The notes below the pieces were generated by a model that saw nothing but the letters and a program-made list of their open reading frames with translations, had not been told where the DNA came from and searched no databases. The translations under genes were made by a program, and so were the position numbers. From assembly GCA_030744625.1 (NCBI GenBank), contig JASLQF010000005.1, positions 8,482 through 72,481 on the forward strand: a stretch of 64,000 bases of DNA. The letters run 5' to 3'. This document shows, piece by piece, positions 46,558 through 55,060 of the stretch (positions are counted from its first letter, which is position 1; the number at the start of each line of letters is the position of its first letter). The DNA comes from Rhodospirillales bacterium. GTDB lineage: Bacteria > Pseudomonadota > Alphaproteobacteria > Rhodospirillales > JASLQF01.

Positions 46558-48978
46558 ATGCCGCTTCTCGCCATCTCGCTGGTATCAGCCGGAGCCATCG
46601 CCTACGAGGTGCTCCTGATCCGGCTGTTTTCCATCGTCCAGTGGTACCACTTCGCGTTCATGATCATCAGCATCGCGCTGTTGGGCTACGGGGCGAGCGG
46701 CACCTTCCTGGCCGTGTTTCGGCGCCCGCTCGTCAAGCGTTTCGACGCCGCCTGGCAGGCCTTCGCCGTCGGCTTCGGGGCATCGGCGCCGCTCGGCTTC
46801 GCCCTTGCCCAGCGCCTTCCCTTCAATTCCCTTGCCGTGGCCTGGGAGCCCAGCCAGTTCGCCTTCCTGGGCGCCATGTACGTAATCCTCATGGTGCCCT
46901 TCTTCTTCGCCGCCAACTGCGTCGGGCTCGCCTTCGTGCGCTTCGCCGAGAAGGTCGGGCGCGTCTATCGGTCCGACCTGGCGGGGGCGGGGCTCGGCGC
47001 CGCCGGCATCATTGCCGTCCTGTTCGCGCTGGCGCCCGCCGATGCGCTCAGGCTGATCGGCTTCCTTGGCTTCCTCGCCGCCGCCGTGTCCGCCCGGGGC
47101 AGTGGCCATCGGCGCCGGCGCGCCCTCGCCCTCGCCGTCCTCGGCGCCGCCTTCGTCGCCGCCCTGCCCGGGTCGTGGCTGGCGCCCCGGCTTTCCCCCT
47201 ACAAGGGGCTGAGTCTGGCGCTCCGCGTGCCCGGCGCCGAGATCGCGCGCCAGAGTTCGAGCCCACTTGGCATGATAAGCGTCGTCCGCAGCCCGACCAT
47301 CCCGTTCCGCCATGCGCCCGGCCTCAGCCTGAACAGCCGGACGGGGCCGCCTGAGCAACTGGGCGTGTTCACGGACGGCGACGGCATGACCGTGATCAAC
47401 CGCTACACGGGCCGGCGCGAAGACATTTCCTATCTCGATTTCACGACCCAGGCGCTCCCCTACCACCTGAGCGACGGTCCCAGGGTGCTGATCCTGGGAG
47501 CGGGGGCCGGGGCCGGGGTCCTGCTTGCCCGCTACCACGGCGCGCGCCATGTCGACGCCGTGGAAATGGACCCCGCCGTGGCCCGCCTCGCCGAGCGCGA
47601 CTTCGCGGATTTCGCCGGGCGCCTCTACGAGCCGGGGCATGTGCAATTGCACGTCGCGGAGGCGCGGGCCTTCGTCGCCGCCGCGGGCAAGCGCTACGAC
47701 CTCATCGAGGTTTCCGCCACCGGTTCCTCCGGCTCGGCCGGGGCGGGTGGTCTGGGCGCGACCTACGCGTATACGCTCGAGGCCTTCGTGGATTACCTGC
47801 GGCGCCTGGCGCCGGGGGGGATGGTCGCCGTCAGCGGTTGGGCGAAGCTACCGCCGCGCGGCACGTTGAAGCTTTTCGCGACCGCCATCGCCGCCCTCGA
47901 GCGCGTCGGCGTGGCAGAGCCGGGGCGCCGCCTCATGCTCATCCGCGACTGGAGGACGGCGACGCTCCTGGTCAAGAACGGCGACTTCACGGAGGCCGAT
48001 GTCGGTGCGGCGCGGATATTCGCCCGCCGACGCTCCTTCGACGTGGCCTATTATCCGGGCATGGCGCGGGACGAGGCCAACCGCTACAACCGGCTCCAGG
48101 CTCCCTATTTCCACGACGGCGCGGTGGCCCTGCTCGGGCCAGCGCCGTCGCGTTTCCAGGCGCGCTACAAGTTCGACGTCAGGCCGACCAGCGACGACCG
48201 GCCCTATTTCTTCGACTTCTTCAAATGGCGGACGTTACCTGAGTTCCTGGCCCTGAGGTCCAAGGGCGCCATGCCGATCGTCGAATGGGGGTACCTCGTC
48301 CTTCTCGCCACCCTGGTACAGGCGGCGGTGCTCAGCACCGTGTTCGTCCTTCTGCCGCTTCGCGTGCTGAGGAGAAGGGGCGCCTCGGGTCGGGGTAGCG
48401 GGCGCGTCGCGCTTTATTTCCTGTGTCTCGGGCTGGCCTTCCTGTTCGTCGAGATCGCCTTCATCCAGCGTCTGGTTCTTTTCCTTGGCCACCCCCTCTA
48501 CGCGGTCGCCGTGGTGCTCGCCGCGTTCCTGTTCTTCGCGGGCCTTGGCGCCGGATTCTCGCCAAGGCTGGCGGCGCGCCTCAAGGGGAGGCGGGGCCCG
48601 CCCGCCATCGCCGTTGCCGTCACCGCAATCGCCATCCTGGCGCTGGCCTACGCCGGCGCGCTTCCCGGCGTCCTGCCATGGATGGTTTCATGGCCGCAGG
48701 CGGCCAAGGTGGTGGTTGCTCTGGGGTTCATCGCGCCCCTCGCCTTCTGCATGGGGATGCCTTTTCCGCTCGGGCTCTCTATCCTCGCCGAAAGACTGCC
48801 GGGCCTGATGCCGTGGGCGTGGGGCATCAATGGGTGCGCTTCGGTGATCAGCGCCTTGCTGGCGGCGCTGCTGGCCATCCATTTCGGCTTCGCGGCGGTG
48901 GTCGTCCTGGCGGTGGCGCTCTATGTGGTGGCGGCGGTGGCCTTCCTGAATCCCCTGGGGATCGGGGCGGAGCGGTGA
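46558..48978 (+). CDS. Large polytopic membrane protein with central spermidine-synthase-like SAM-fold domain
   Basis: Track ORF of 806 aa. Hydrophobic N- and C-terminal thirds. The central region is RVLILGAGAGAG...VDAVEMDPAV...YDLIEV. Confidence 0.65.
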   Translation: MPLLAISLVSAGAIAYEVLLIRLFSIVQWYHFAFMIISIALLGYGASGTFLAVFRRPLVKRFDAAWQAFAVGFGASAPLGFALAQRLPFNSLAVAWEPSQFAFLGAMYVILMVPFFFAANCVGLAFVRFAEKVGRVYRSDLAGAGLGAAGIIAVLFALAPADALRLIGFLGFLAAAVSARGSGHRRRRALALAVLGAAFVAALPGSWLAPRLSPYKGLSLALRVPGAEIARQSSSPLGMISVVRSPTIPFRHAPGLSLNSRTGPPEQLGVFTDGDGMTVINRYTGRREDISYLDFTTQALPYHLSDGPRVLILGAGAGAGVLLARYHGARHVDAVEMDPAVARLAERDFADFAGRLYEPGHVQLHVAEARAFVAAAGKRYDLIEVSATGSSGSAGAGGLGATYAYTLEAFVDYLRRLAPGGMVAVSGWAKLPPRGTLKLFATAIAALERVGVAEPGRRLMLIRDWRTATLLVKNGDFTEADVGAARIFARRRSFDVAYYPGMARDEANRYNRLQAPYFHDGAVALLGPAPSRFQARYKFDVRPTSDDRPYFFDFFKWRTLPEFLALRSKGAMPIVEWGYLVLLATLVQAAVLSTVFVLLPLRVLRRRGASGRGSGRVALYFLCLGLAFLFVEIAFIQRLVLFLGHPLYAVAVVLAAFLFFAGLGAGFSPRLAARLKGRRGPPAIAVAVTAIAILALAYAGALPGVLPWMVSWPQAAKVVVALGFIAPLAFCMGMPFPLGLSILAERLPGLMPWAWGINGCASVISALLAALLAIHFGFAAVVVLAVALYVVAAVAFLNPLGIGAER

Positions 48979-49000
48979 GGGGACCGGCGCGCGCCGGCGC

Positions 49001-49534
49001 TCAGGTCTCGATGGGTTCGCCCCGCTCGATGGCCTCTTGCCAGTAGCCGGTGCTGCCGGCGGCGGGAACGTGGACGAACTCGAGCTTCAAGCCGTCGGGA
49101 TCGAGGAAGAAGACGGCGTAGTAGCCCGGCTCGTAGTCGTATTCGGCGGGAGGGTCGAGGACGGTGGCGCCAATGTCGCGGAGAAGCGCGTGGAAGCGAT
49201 CGACCTGGCCACGGTCCTCGGCGTTCCAGGCGAAGTGGTGCAGACCCGGCGCGTAGCGGTCGTGGGGCCTGTCCAGGGAATTGGCATGGGCGGCGCTGAC
49301 GATTACCCACCGCAGGCCGTCTCCCGGGGTCATGGCGGCCCAGGCCAGCCGGGTGGCGCTTTTCTCGACCAGCCGGTAGCCCATGAAGCCGAGAATGGCG
49401 CCGTAAAACGCCTCGGCGCGCCCGATGTCGGCGACCGTGAAACGGACGTGGTTCAGGGTGCCGAGGCGGGGCCGGCGGTCGGCCGGGAAATCGGCGCGCG
49501 GTGGCACCGTCGTATGGTCCAGCGCCTTGGCCAT
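49001..49534 (-). CDS. VOC (glyoxalase/bleomycin-resistance/dioxygenase) family protein
   Basis: Track ORF 49001..49582, with an in-frame ATG at 49532-49534. LNHVRFTVADIGRAEAFY and FFLDPDGLKLEF. Confidence 0.7.
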   Translation of the reverse strand: MAKALDHTTVPPRADFPADRRPRLGTLNHVRFTVADIGRAEAFYGAILGFMGYRLVEKSATRLAWAAMTPGDGLRWVIVSAAHANSLDRPHDRYAPGLHHFAWNAEDRGQVDRFHALLRDIGATVLDPPAEYDYEPGYYAVFFLDPDGLKLEFVHVPAAGSTGYWQEAIERGEPIET

Positions 49535-49551
49535 GGGTTGGATTCTATCCC

Positions 49552-49956
49552 CTAAAGACCGCCCATTTCGGAACTCTCGCACGAGAGGTCGAACTGCGAA
49601 AGGCCTTCTTCCAGGTAGTCCGGAAGCAAGGGCATGCCGAGCAGGTATTCCGCGGTATGCTCGTTGTGGGCGCGTTCCGCCTCGGCCAGCGCGTCATCCC
49701 ATTCGTCCTTGGTGAAGTCGCCGCGCCCTGTCCAGGCGAGGGCCACCAATTGGCATTGTTCGTCCCAGTTGAGGCCGTTGATGAAGGTTTTCAGTTCCTC
49801 GAAAGTCGGATCGCCGATGGGGGCGGCGCGCTCCTCGTCGAGTTCCTCGTCCTCCGGGTCGGCTGCGTATTCCGGCCCGGCGGCGCTTTCGTGGACCTCG
49901 AACTCCCGCCCCTTGGCGACGATGTAGCAGACCTTGTCGCTGTCGATTTCCGGCAT
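49552..49956 (-). CDS. DUF3775 domain protein
   Basis: Track ORF of 134 aa. LNWDEQCQLVALAWTGRGDF...TAEYLLGMPLLPDYLEEGL matches my memory of DUF3775. Confidence 0.6.
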   Translation of the reverse strand: MPEIDSDKVCYIVAKGREFEVHESAAGPEYAADPEDEELDEERAAPIGDPTFEELKTFINGLNWDEQCQLVALAWTGRGDFTKDEWDDALAEAERAHNEHTAEYLLGMPLLPDYLEEGLSQFDLSCESSEMGGL

Positions 49957-50165
49957 CGCTTAGTGCTCCGTGTTCCTCATGGACCGCCTAGCGGTGGTCC
50001 CGTTCACCTTGGCGTGTCGTCGTGGCGAATGGAACACCCAGCGGCGCGTCCGATCCTTGATCTCGATCAATGCCTGGCCGCCGGGTAACCGCGCGCGCCA
50101 CGCGTCGTGTTCGTCGAACTCCGTGGTATGATGATCAAGGAGACTTTCGGGGAAGGGAGCGGGCG

Positions 50166-50558
50166 ATGACCACCGATCTTTTCTACCTGACGCTGACCGC
50201 GGGGCTCGGTGTGATCCTGTGGATTCCCCACGTGGTCGGGGCCATCCGCAAATTCGGATTTCCCAAGGCCGCCGATTTCAGGGAGACGCGGGACCGGGGG
50301 CTCGACGCTTTCGGACGGCGCGCTCAGCGCGCCCACGCCAACCTGGTCGAAAATCTGGCGCCGTTCGCAATTCTCGTCATCGTCGCCCATGTGGGCGGCG
50401 CCGCCAACGAGACAACGGCCGCCGCCGCCATGGTCTTCTTCTGGGCGCGGGTCGCCCACGCGTTGATATTCTACGCCGGCATCCCATACCTCAGGACGGT
50501 GGCGTTCGTCGTCGGCATCGCCGCCGAGGTCGCGATCTTCGTGGAAATCGTCACCTGA
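50166..50558 (+). CDS. MAPEG family membrane protein
   Basis: In-frame ATG at 50166 within track ORF 50070..50558. 130 aa with hydrophobic helices and RAHANLVENLAPF. Confidence 0.65.
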   Translation: MTTDLFYLTLTAGLGVILWIPHVVGAIRKFGFPKAADFRETRDRGLDAFGRRAQRAHANLVENLAPFAILVIVAHVGGAANETTAAAAMVFFWARVAHALIFYAGIPYLRTVAFVVGIAAEVAIFVEIVT

Positions 50559-51351
50559 GGGCGGCGACACCGTCGCCCTCCGGAGCCAAGTGGCGACCCA
50601 GGATCTCGGCAAGCGCCACGACGCGGCCGATGATGACCAGCGTCGGCGTCCCGAGGCCGGCCTCCTCGATGGCATCGGGCAGCGCGGCAAGGGTGCTGGT
50701 CACCGTCCTTTGTTCCGGCGTGGTGCCCTTCTCGATGGCCGCCGCCGGCAATTCCGGCGGCATCCCGACGGCCAGCAGTTCGCCGCATATGCGGGCCACG
50801 TTCTTCAGCCCCATGTAGACGACGAGGGTGGTTTCCGGGTCGGCGAGCGTCTTCCAGTCGAGGTCCAGGTCCTGGTCGTCCTGGCGGTGGCCGGTGATGA
50901 AGCGCAGCCCCTTGGCGATGCCGCGATGGGTCAGCGGGATGCCTGCGTAGGCGGCGCAGCCGGCCGCCGCGGTGACGCCCGGCACCACCTCGAAGGGGAT
51001 GCCGTTCTTGGCCAGGTGCACGGCCTCGTCGCTGCCGCGCCCGAAGACGAAGGGGTCGCCGCCCTTGAGGCGCATGACCCGGCGTCCACTGCGCGCCAGG
51101 TTGACCAGCAACTCGTTGATCTCGTCCTGGGGCATGTGGTGGTCTTGCGCCGCCTTGCCGACGAAAATGCGGGTCGCCCCGGGGGGCACCATGTCGAGGA
51201 TGGGCGGTGAAATCAGGCGGTCGTACACCACCACGTCGGCCTCCTCGAGGAGCCGCGCCGCCTTCACGGTCAGAAGCTCGGGGTCGCCCGGCCCGGCGCC
51301 GACGATGAGGACCGGGGGAATGGCATCGGCGCCCTGTTTTGATTGCGTCAT
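50551..51351 (-). CDS. cobA: Uroporphyrinogen-III C-methyltransferase (SUMT)
   Basis: Track ORF 50551..51387, with an in-frame ATG at 51349-51351. VGAGPGDPELLT and KGGDPFVFGRG. Confidence 0.85.
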   Translation of the reverse strand: MTQSKQGADAIPPVLIVGAGPGDPELLTVKAARLLEEADVVVYDRLISPPILDMVPPGATRIFVGKAAQDHHMPQDEINELLVNLARSGRRVMRLKGGDPFVFGRGSDEAVHLAKNGIPFEVVPGVTAAAGCAAYAGIPLTHRGIAKGLRFITGHRQDDQDLDLDWKTLADPETTLVVYMGLKNVARICGELLAVGMPPELPAAAIEKGTTPEQRTVTSTLAALPDAIEEAGLGTPTLVIIGRVVALAEILGRHLAPEGDGVAALR

Positions 51352-51502
51352 CGGTCGGCCAGCCTTTCCTTGTTGCGTTCGCTCCACATGGATTTGGCCA
51401 TGGCGGTGACCTCGTCAAGCTGGTCGGACGCGACGACATTTAATATACCGCGCCGGAGCCTTTTTACATGGAGATCTTGCCGCCGCCCATTCCACCAAAC
51501 GG

Positions 51503-52450
51503 CTATCTGCAACGGAGAGCGGAGAAATACGCGGCCAAAGCAGTTATTTCCCCCTCGGCGAGGTTTGCCGTCTGCCGGGCCATGATCCGGTGATAGCGTG
51601 ATTCCTCGTGATCGATGAGTTCCTCTTCCCGGCTGGTTTTGCGGAAAGCCTTGAGCTGCTTTATCAGATACCCCTCTTTCTGTCCCGCCAAATTAGGGAT
51701 GCCGGGATGTTTGCCCATGCCGTTCTGGCCATGACAGGCGGCGCATTGTTGGGCCTTGGCAGGCGCCGGAGGCGTGGCCTCGACCTCGGGAAGGGCGCAT
51801 GACCGGCTGGCGAAGTAGGCCGCCGCATTCTCTATGTCGGCGGTGCTCATTTCCGCCGCCAAGGGTTTCATTATTCGGTCATGGCGGGCGGCGATAACCT
51901 TATCGCCGGATTTCTGCGCCAGGGGGATTTCCCGAAGCTGCCACAGTTGAATTTTGAGGTACCCCTCTTTCTGGCCGGCGAGATTTGGAATCATCGGATG
52001 CTGGCTGACGCCCGCCGCGCCGTGACAGTTGCCGCACTCCGCCGCGCTGACCCATGCCTTTCCCGCTTCGGGCTCGCCCGCTCTGGCGGTGGACACGGTC
52101 TTACTGGCGAGACAACGCGTGATGGCGAGACGCTGCTCTACCTTTTCGATGTATTGCCTCAGCGGCTCGCCTTCGACCCTGATCTTATCCTTGGTGACGA
52201 CGGCGCCGTCCCTGTCGTGGACCTCCCGCAGTTTCTCGAGCTGGGCTGCCCACTTCTCGACATAGGGCGCCCATTCGCCGCCGTACCTCTTTTCGACGAA
52301 CTCGACCATCTTTTCGTGGGTGACGTTCTTCCACCACGCAACATCGGGAAGAGGCGCGCACTCCTCGGCCTTCGCGGCCCCCGCCAACGCTATGGCCAGC
52401 CCGGCCAAGAACAACAAAGCGCCGAGGCGGTGTTTGGGCTTCACATTCAC
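51503..52450 (-). CDS. Diheme c-type cytochrome (c4-like) with unknown N-terminal domain
   Basis: Track ORF of 315 aa. Signal peptide, a domain of about 120 aa without recognisable motifs, then CGNCH and CAACH heme sites, each followed by IPNLAGQKEGYL. Confidence 0.8.
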   Translation of the reverse strand: MNVKPKHRLGALLFLAGLAIALAGAAKAEECAPLPDVAWWKNVTHEKMVEFVEKRYGGEWAPYVEKWAAQLEKLREVHDRDGAVVTKDKIRVEGEPLRQYIEKVEQRLAITRCLASKTVSTARAGEPEAGKAWVSAAECGNCHGAAGVSQHPMIPNLAGQKEGYLKIQLWQLREIPLAQKSGDKVIAARHDRIMKPLAAEMSTADIENAAAYFASRSCALPEVEATPPAPAKAQQCAACHGQNGMGKHPGIPNLAGQKEGYLIKQLKAFRKTSREEELIDHEESRYHRIMARQTANLAEGEITALAAYFSALRCR

Positions 52451-52456
52451 CTCCGC

Positions 52457-52897
52457 TCAGGCGCAGCCATCGAAGCCCTCCGCCGCCATCTTGGCCTCAT
52501 AGGGGCCGGCCACATCGGGGCCGGGGGTGAGGGTGGGCTTGACGGCCTCCCAGCCTTCCGGCTTGAGGACGACCAGCCAGCCCTCCACATAGGGGTCCTC
52601 GTTGGCGATGTAGGGCTTGGCGACCAGCGCCTCGTTGATGGCGACGATCTCGCCGCCCACCGCCGACTTGGCGGGGCCCACCCACTTTCCCGATTCGATG
52701 GTGGCGCACGATTTTCCGGGCTTGACGGAACGCCCCGCCTTTTTCGGCGTCACCGCGACCAACTGTCCGGCCAGGGCCGCCGCCACGGCGGTCATGCCGA
52801 CGCGCAGGTTGCCGTCGTCGAGTTCCTGGAACCACATGTGGTTCTCGACATCGTAAATCCGGTCCTCGGGTAGGTTGCAGCCGCGCACCACAGGCAT
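52457..52897 (-). CDS. lbpA: GcvH-like lipoate-binding protein (LbpA type)
   Basis: Track ORF of 146 aa. HMWF...GMT and the lipoyl-Lys context ATIESGKWVGP...GEIVAINEAL. It is adjacent to the hdr genes. Confidence 0.75.
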   Translation of the reverse strand: MPVVRGCNLPEDRIYDVENHMWFQELDDGNLRVGMTAVAAALAGQLVAVTPKKAGRSVKPGKSCATIESGKWVGPAKSAVGGEIVAINEALVAKPYIANEDPYVEGWLVVLKPEGWEAVKPTLTPGPDVAGPYEAKMAAEGFDGCA

Positions 52898-52940
52898 GGT
52901 TTTCCCCTCGATCCACCCGCCGATTGAGGGCCTTTATGGC

Positions 52941-53357
52941 TCAGCCCGCTGCCGCATGCAACGGCTTGGACGAGCAGCAGAATTCGCCGAGCCCCGCCAC
53001 CTCCATCTTGCCGGCGACGAACAGCAAGAGGTGCGTCGCCACCAGGCTGGCCATGACCAGGCGCCGCCGGGCCTCCGGGTGGCTGGGCTCCATGGTAATG
53101 AGATTGTGGTGGTAGACGAGCTCGCGGCAGGTCTCGCGGCAGGCGTTGAAGCTGGGCTCGCCGCGGGCGCCCTGGCGGTGCAGCGCCAACAGCCGGAACC
53201 CCTCGCGCCTTTCCCGCGTCGGCGTCTCGCCGCGCGCCGCCACCCAGTGCTCGAGGATCTCCTCGCCGAGGGCCAGGAGTTCGGCCGCTGCCGAGGCGGC
53301 CTCCGCCGCCTGGGCGAGCTCTTGGATGCGTGTTTCGATGGCGGCGAGGTCTCTCAC
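52941..53357 (-). CDS. Hypothetical 138-aa protein coupled to hdrB2
   Basis: Track ORF of 138 aa. Its GTG start overlaps the hdrB2 stop (GTGA, per track coordinates). Helical N-part, CRETC (Cx3C) and a C-terminal FCCSSKP. No family recognised. Confidence 0.5.
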   Translation of the reverse strand: MRDLAAIETRIQELAQAAEAASAAAELLALGEEILEHWVAARGETPTRERREGFRLLALHRQGARGEPSFNACRETCRELVYHHNLITMEPSHPEARRRLVMASLVATHLLLFVAGKMEVAGLGEFCCSSKPLHAAAG

Positions 53358-54280
53358 GCCAACCCCTTTTCCTTGAGGAATCCGATCGAGTCGGAAATGT
53401 TCTCGTGCACGCCCACCTTGCGCGGCTTGAGCCCCAGCGCCAGGCCGAGGAGCTGGGTGAAGTAGAGAACCTTCACGGTGGTCTTGACGCCGAGCATCTT
53501 CTCGGCGCGCACCTGGTGCATCTCAAGCCCGGTGTGGCAGGTCGGACATTCGGTGGCGATCACCTCGGCGCCGGCGGCCTCCGCCGTTTGCAGCAGGTTG
53601 AGGACGAGCTTGGTCGAGATGTCGGAATCCGACAACGTGTGCGCCCCGCCGCAACACGCGGTCTTCAGGGGATAGTCGACGTTTACGGCGCCCGCCGCGG
53701 CGAGCAGGTCGTCCATGAAGTGGGGCTGGGAAGTGGATTCGCTGCCCGCGCCCTGGTCCTTCTCCGGGAAGATGTGGCGTGGGCGGGTGTACATGCAGCC
53801 ATAGTAGTTGGCGACGCGCAGGCCCTTTAGCGAGTTCTTGACGCGCTCCCCGAGGCCGTCCTCGCCGATCGCCTCCTTGATCCAATCGAGGGCGTGAATG
53901 GTCTCCAGGTTCCCCGCCTGGTAGGCGGCGTGGCCGGCCGCCTCGGACAGCTTGCCGACCACATCGCGGCTCTCCTGGTCGTCGGCGAGGTCGTATTCCG
54001 CTTTCTTGAGGTTGTGGTAGCAGCCGTTGCACGGTGCCATGACCGCGTCGAAGCCCATCTCTTTGGCGGCGATCGACATGACCCGCGAGGACAGATAGGT
54101 CTGCAGCTTGGGATCGACGTTCTTGACCTCCATGGCGCCGCAGCAGTTCCAGTTCTTGACTTCCACCAGGTCAAGGCCGAGCGCCTTGCCGAGCGCCCTG
54201 GTCGAGCGGTCGTAGGCGTGGCCCGAGCCCTCCAGGGCACAGCCCGGGTAGTAGGCGACCTTTTGATATTTTTGCGCCAT
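53354..54280 (-). CDS. hdrB2: sHdr heterodisulfide-reductase-like subunit B2
   Basis: In-frame ATG at 54278-54280 within track ORF 53354..54850. MAQKYQKVAYYPGC, with two CCG motifs (NWNCCGA, TACCGGA). Confidence 0.8.
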   Translation of the reverse strand: MAQKYQKVAYYPGCALEGSGHAYDRSTRALGKALGLDLVEVKNWNCCGAMEVKNVDPKLQTYLSSRVMSIAAKEMGFDAVMAPCNGCYHNLKKAEYDLADDQESRDVVGKLSEAAGHAAYQAGNLETIHALDWIKEAIGEDGLGERVKNSLKGLRVANYYGCMYTRPRHIFPEKDQGAGSESTSQPHFMDDLLAAAGAVNVDYPLKTACCGGAHTLSDSDISTKLVLNLLQTAEAAGAEVIATECPTCHTGLEMHQVRAEKMLGVKTTVKVLYFTQLLGLALGLKPRKVGVHENISDSIGFLKEKGLA

Positions 54281-54297
54281 GGGTGCCCGCGCCCTTC

Positions 54298-55044
54298 CTA
54301 TTCCGTTGCCTTGTCGACCAGGCCGAGCGCGGCGCGGCGCCGCGCTTCCTCTTCCGCCACGTGCTCGGCGATGGCGGCGCGGGCGCGCCCCCAGCCCCGG
54401 GTGCGCGGCCGCAAGATGGTGAACCATCCCATGGTCATCAACTGCTTGAGGGGCAGGTGGCGGACCATGCGCCTGACCATCTCGACCAGCCATTCCTGGA
54501 CGAGAGGCTGGCTGGTGCGCCGGAAGAAGTCGCGGACGATGCGCCCCTCCTCGATCTTTCCGGTGGCGAACACCTGCTCCGAAAACACTTCGTCGAAGAG
54601 GATGGAAGGCGATTTCGGCCGGTGGCCCTTGAGTTCCAGCCAGTGCGCCGTGGCCTTCATGACCCCTTCCGGCGCCACGTCGCGCGGACACGCGTAGGTG
54701 CACTTGTTGCACGACACGCACTGCCAGATGATGTCGCCGTCGCGCAGCAGCTCCTCTTCCATGCCGATGCGGATCAGGTAGATCCAGTAGCGCGGATTGA
54801 AGTCCTCGTTGACGGCGTAGACCGTGCACGAATTGGTGCACGAGCCGCACTGCCAGCAGCGGTGGATGTGCTCACCCCCGGGCAGCGCCGCGATCTCTTC
54901 CTCGAGGTCCTCGTTGTAGTCGGTGACGACCCGCGATCCGATGAAGGTGCTCCAGTGCCCCGAGACGTCGACGCCGTCGATCTCGAGCTCCTCGTGGACG
55001 TGCAGGTTTTCCGGGCGGATCAGGGATTTTTCGTGAATGGGCAT
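54298..55044 (-). CDS. hdrC2: sHdr heterodisulfide-reductase-like subunit C2
   Basis: Track ORF of 248 aa. CWQCGSCTNSC and CVSCNKCTYACP ferredoxin-type motifs. Confidence 0.8.
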   Translation of the reverse strand: MPIHEKSLIRPENLHVHEELEIDGVDVSGHWSTFIGSRVVTDYNEDLEEEIAALPGGEHIHRCWQCGSCTNSCTVYAVNEDFNPRYWIYLIRIGMEEELLRDGDIIWQCVSCNKCTYACPRDVAPEGVMKATAHWLELKGHRPKSPSILFDEVFSEQVFATGKIEEGRIVRDFFRRTSQPLVQEWLVEMVRRMVRHLPLKQLMTMGWFTILRPRTRGWGRARAAIAEHVAEEEARRRAALGLVDKATE

Positions 55045-55060
55045 GGGTTTGGGGGCGCCG

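Noticed and set aside
51352-51502. Possible cobalamin riboswitch or a 17-codon leader ORF (MAKSMWSERNKERLADR, stop overlapping the cobA ATG) upstream of cobA
   Set aside because: I could not find a B12-box or the conserved GGGAA/GCCACTG-type elements, and the spacer is shorter than typical B12 riboswitches. The mini-ORF has no obvious Shine-Dalgarno sequence and could be chance. It needs an Infernal scan or ribosome profiling before being claimed.
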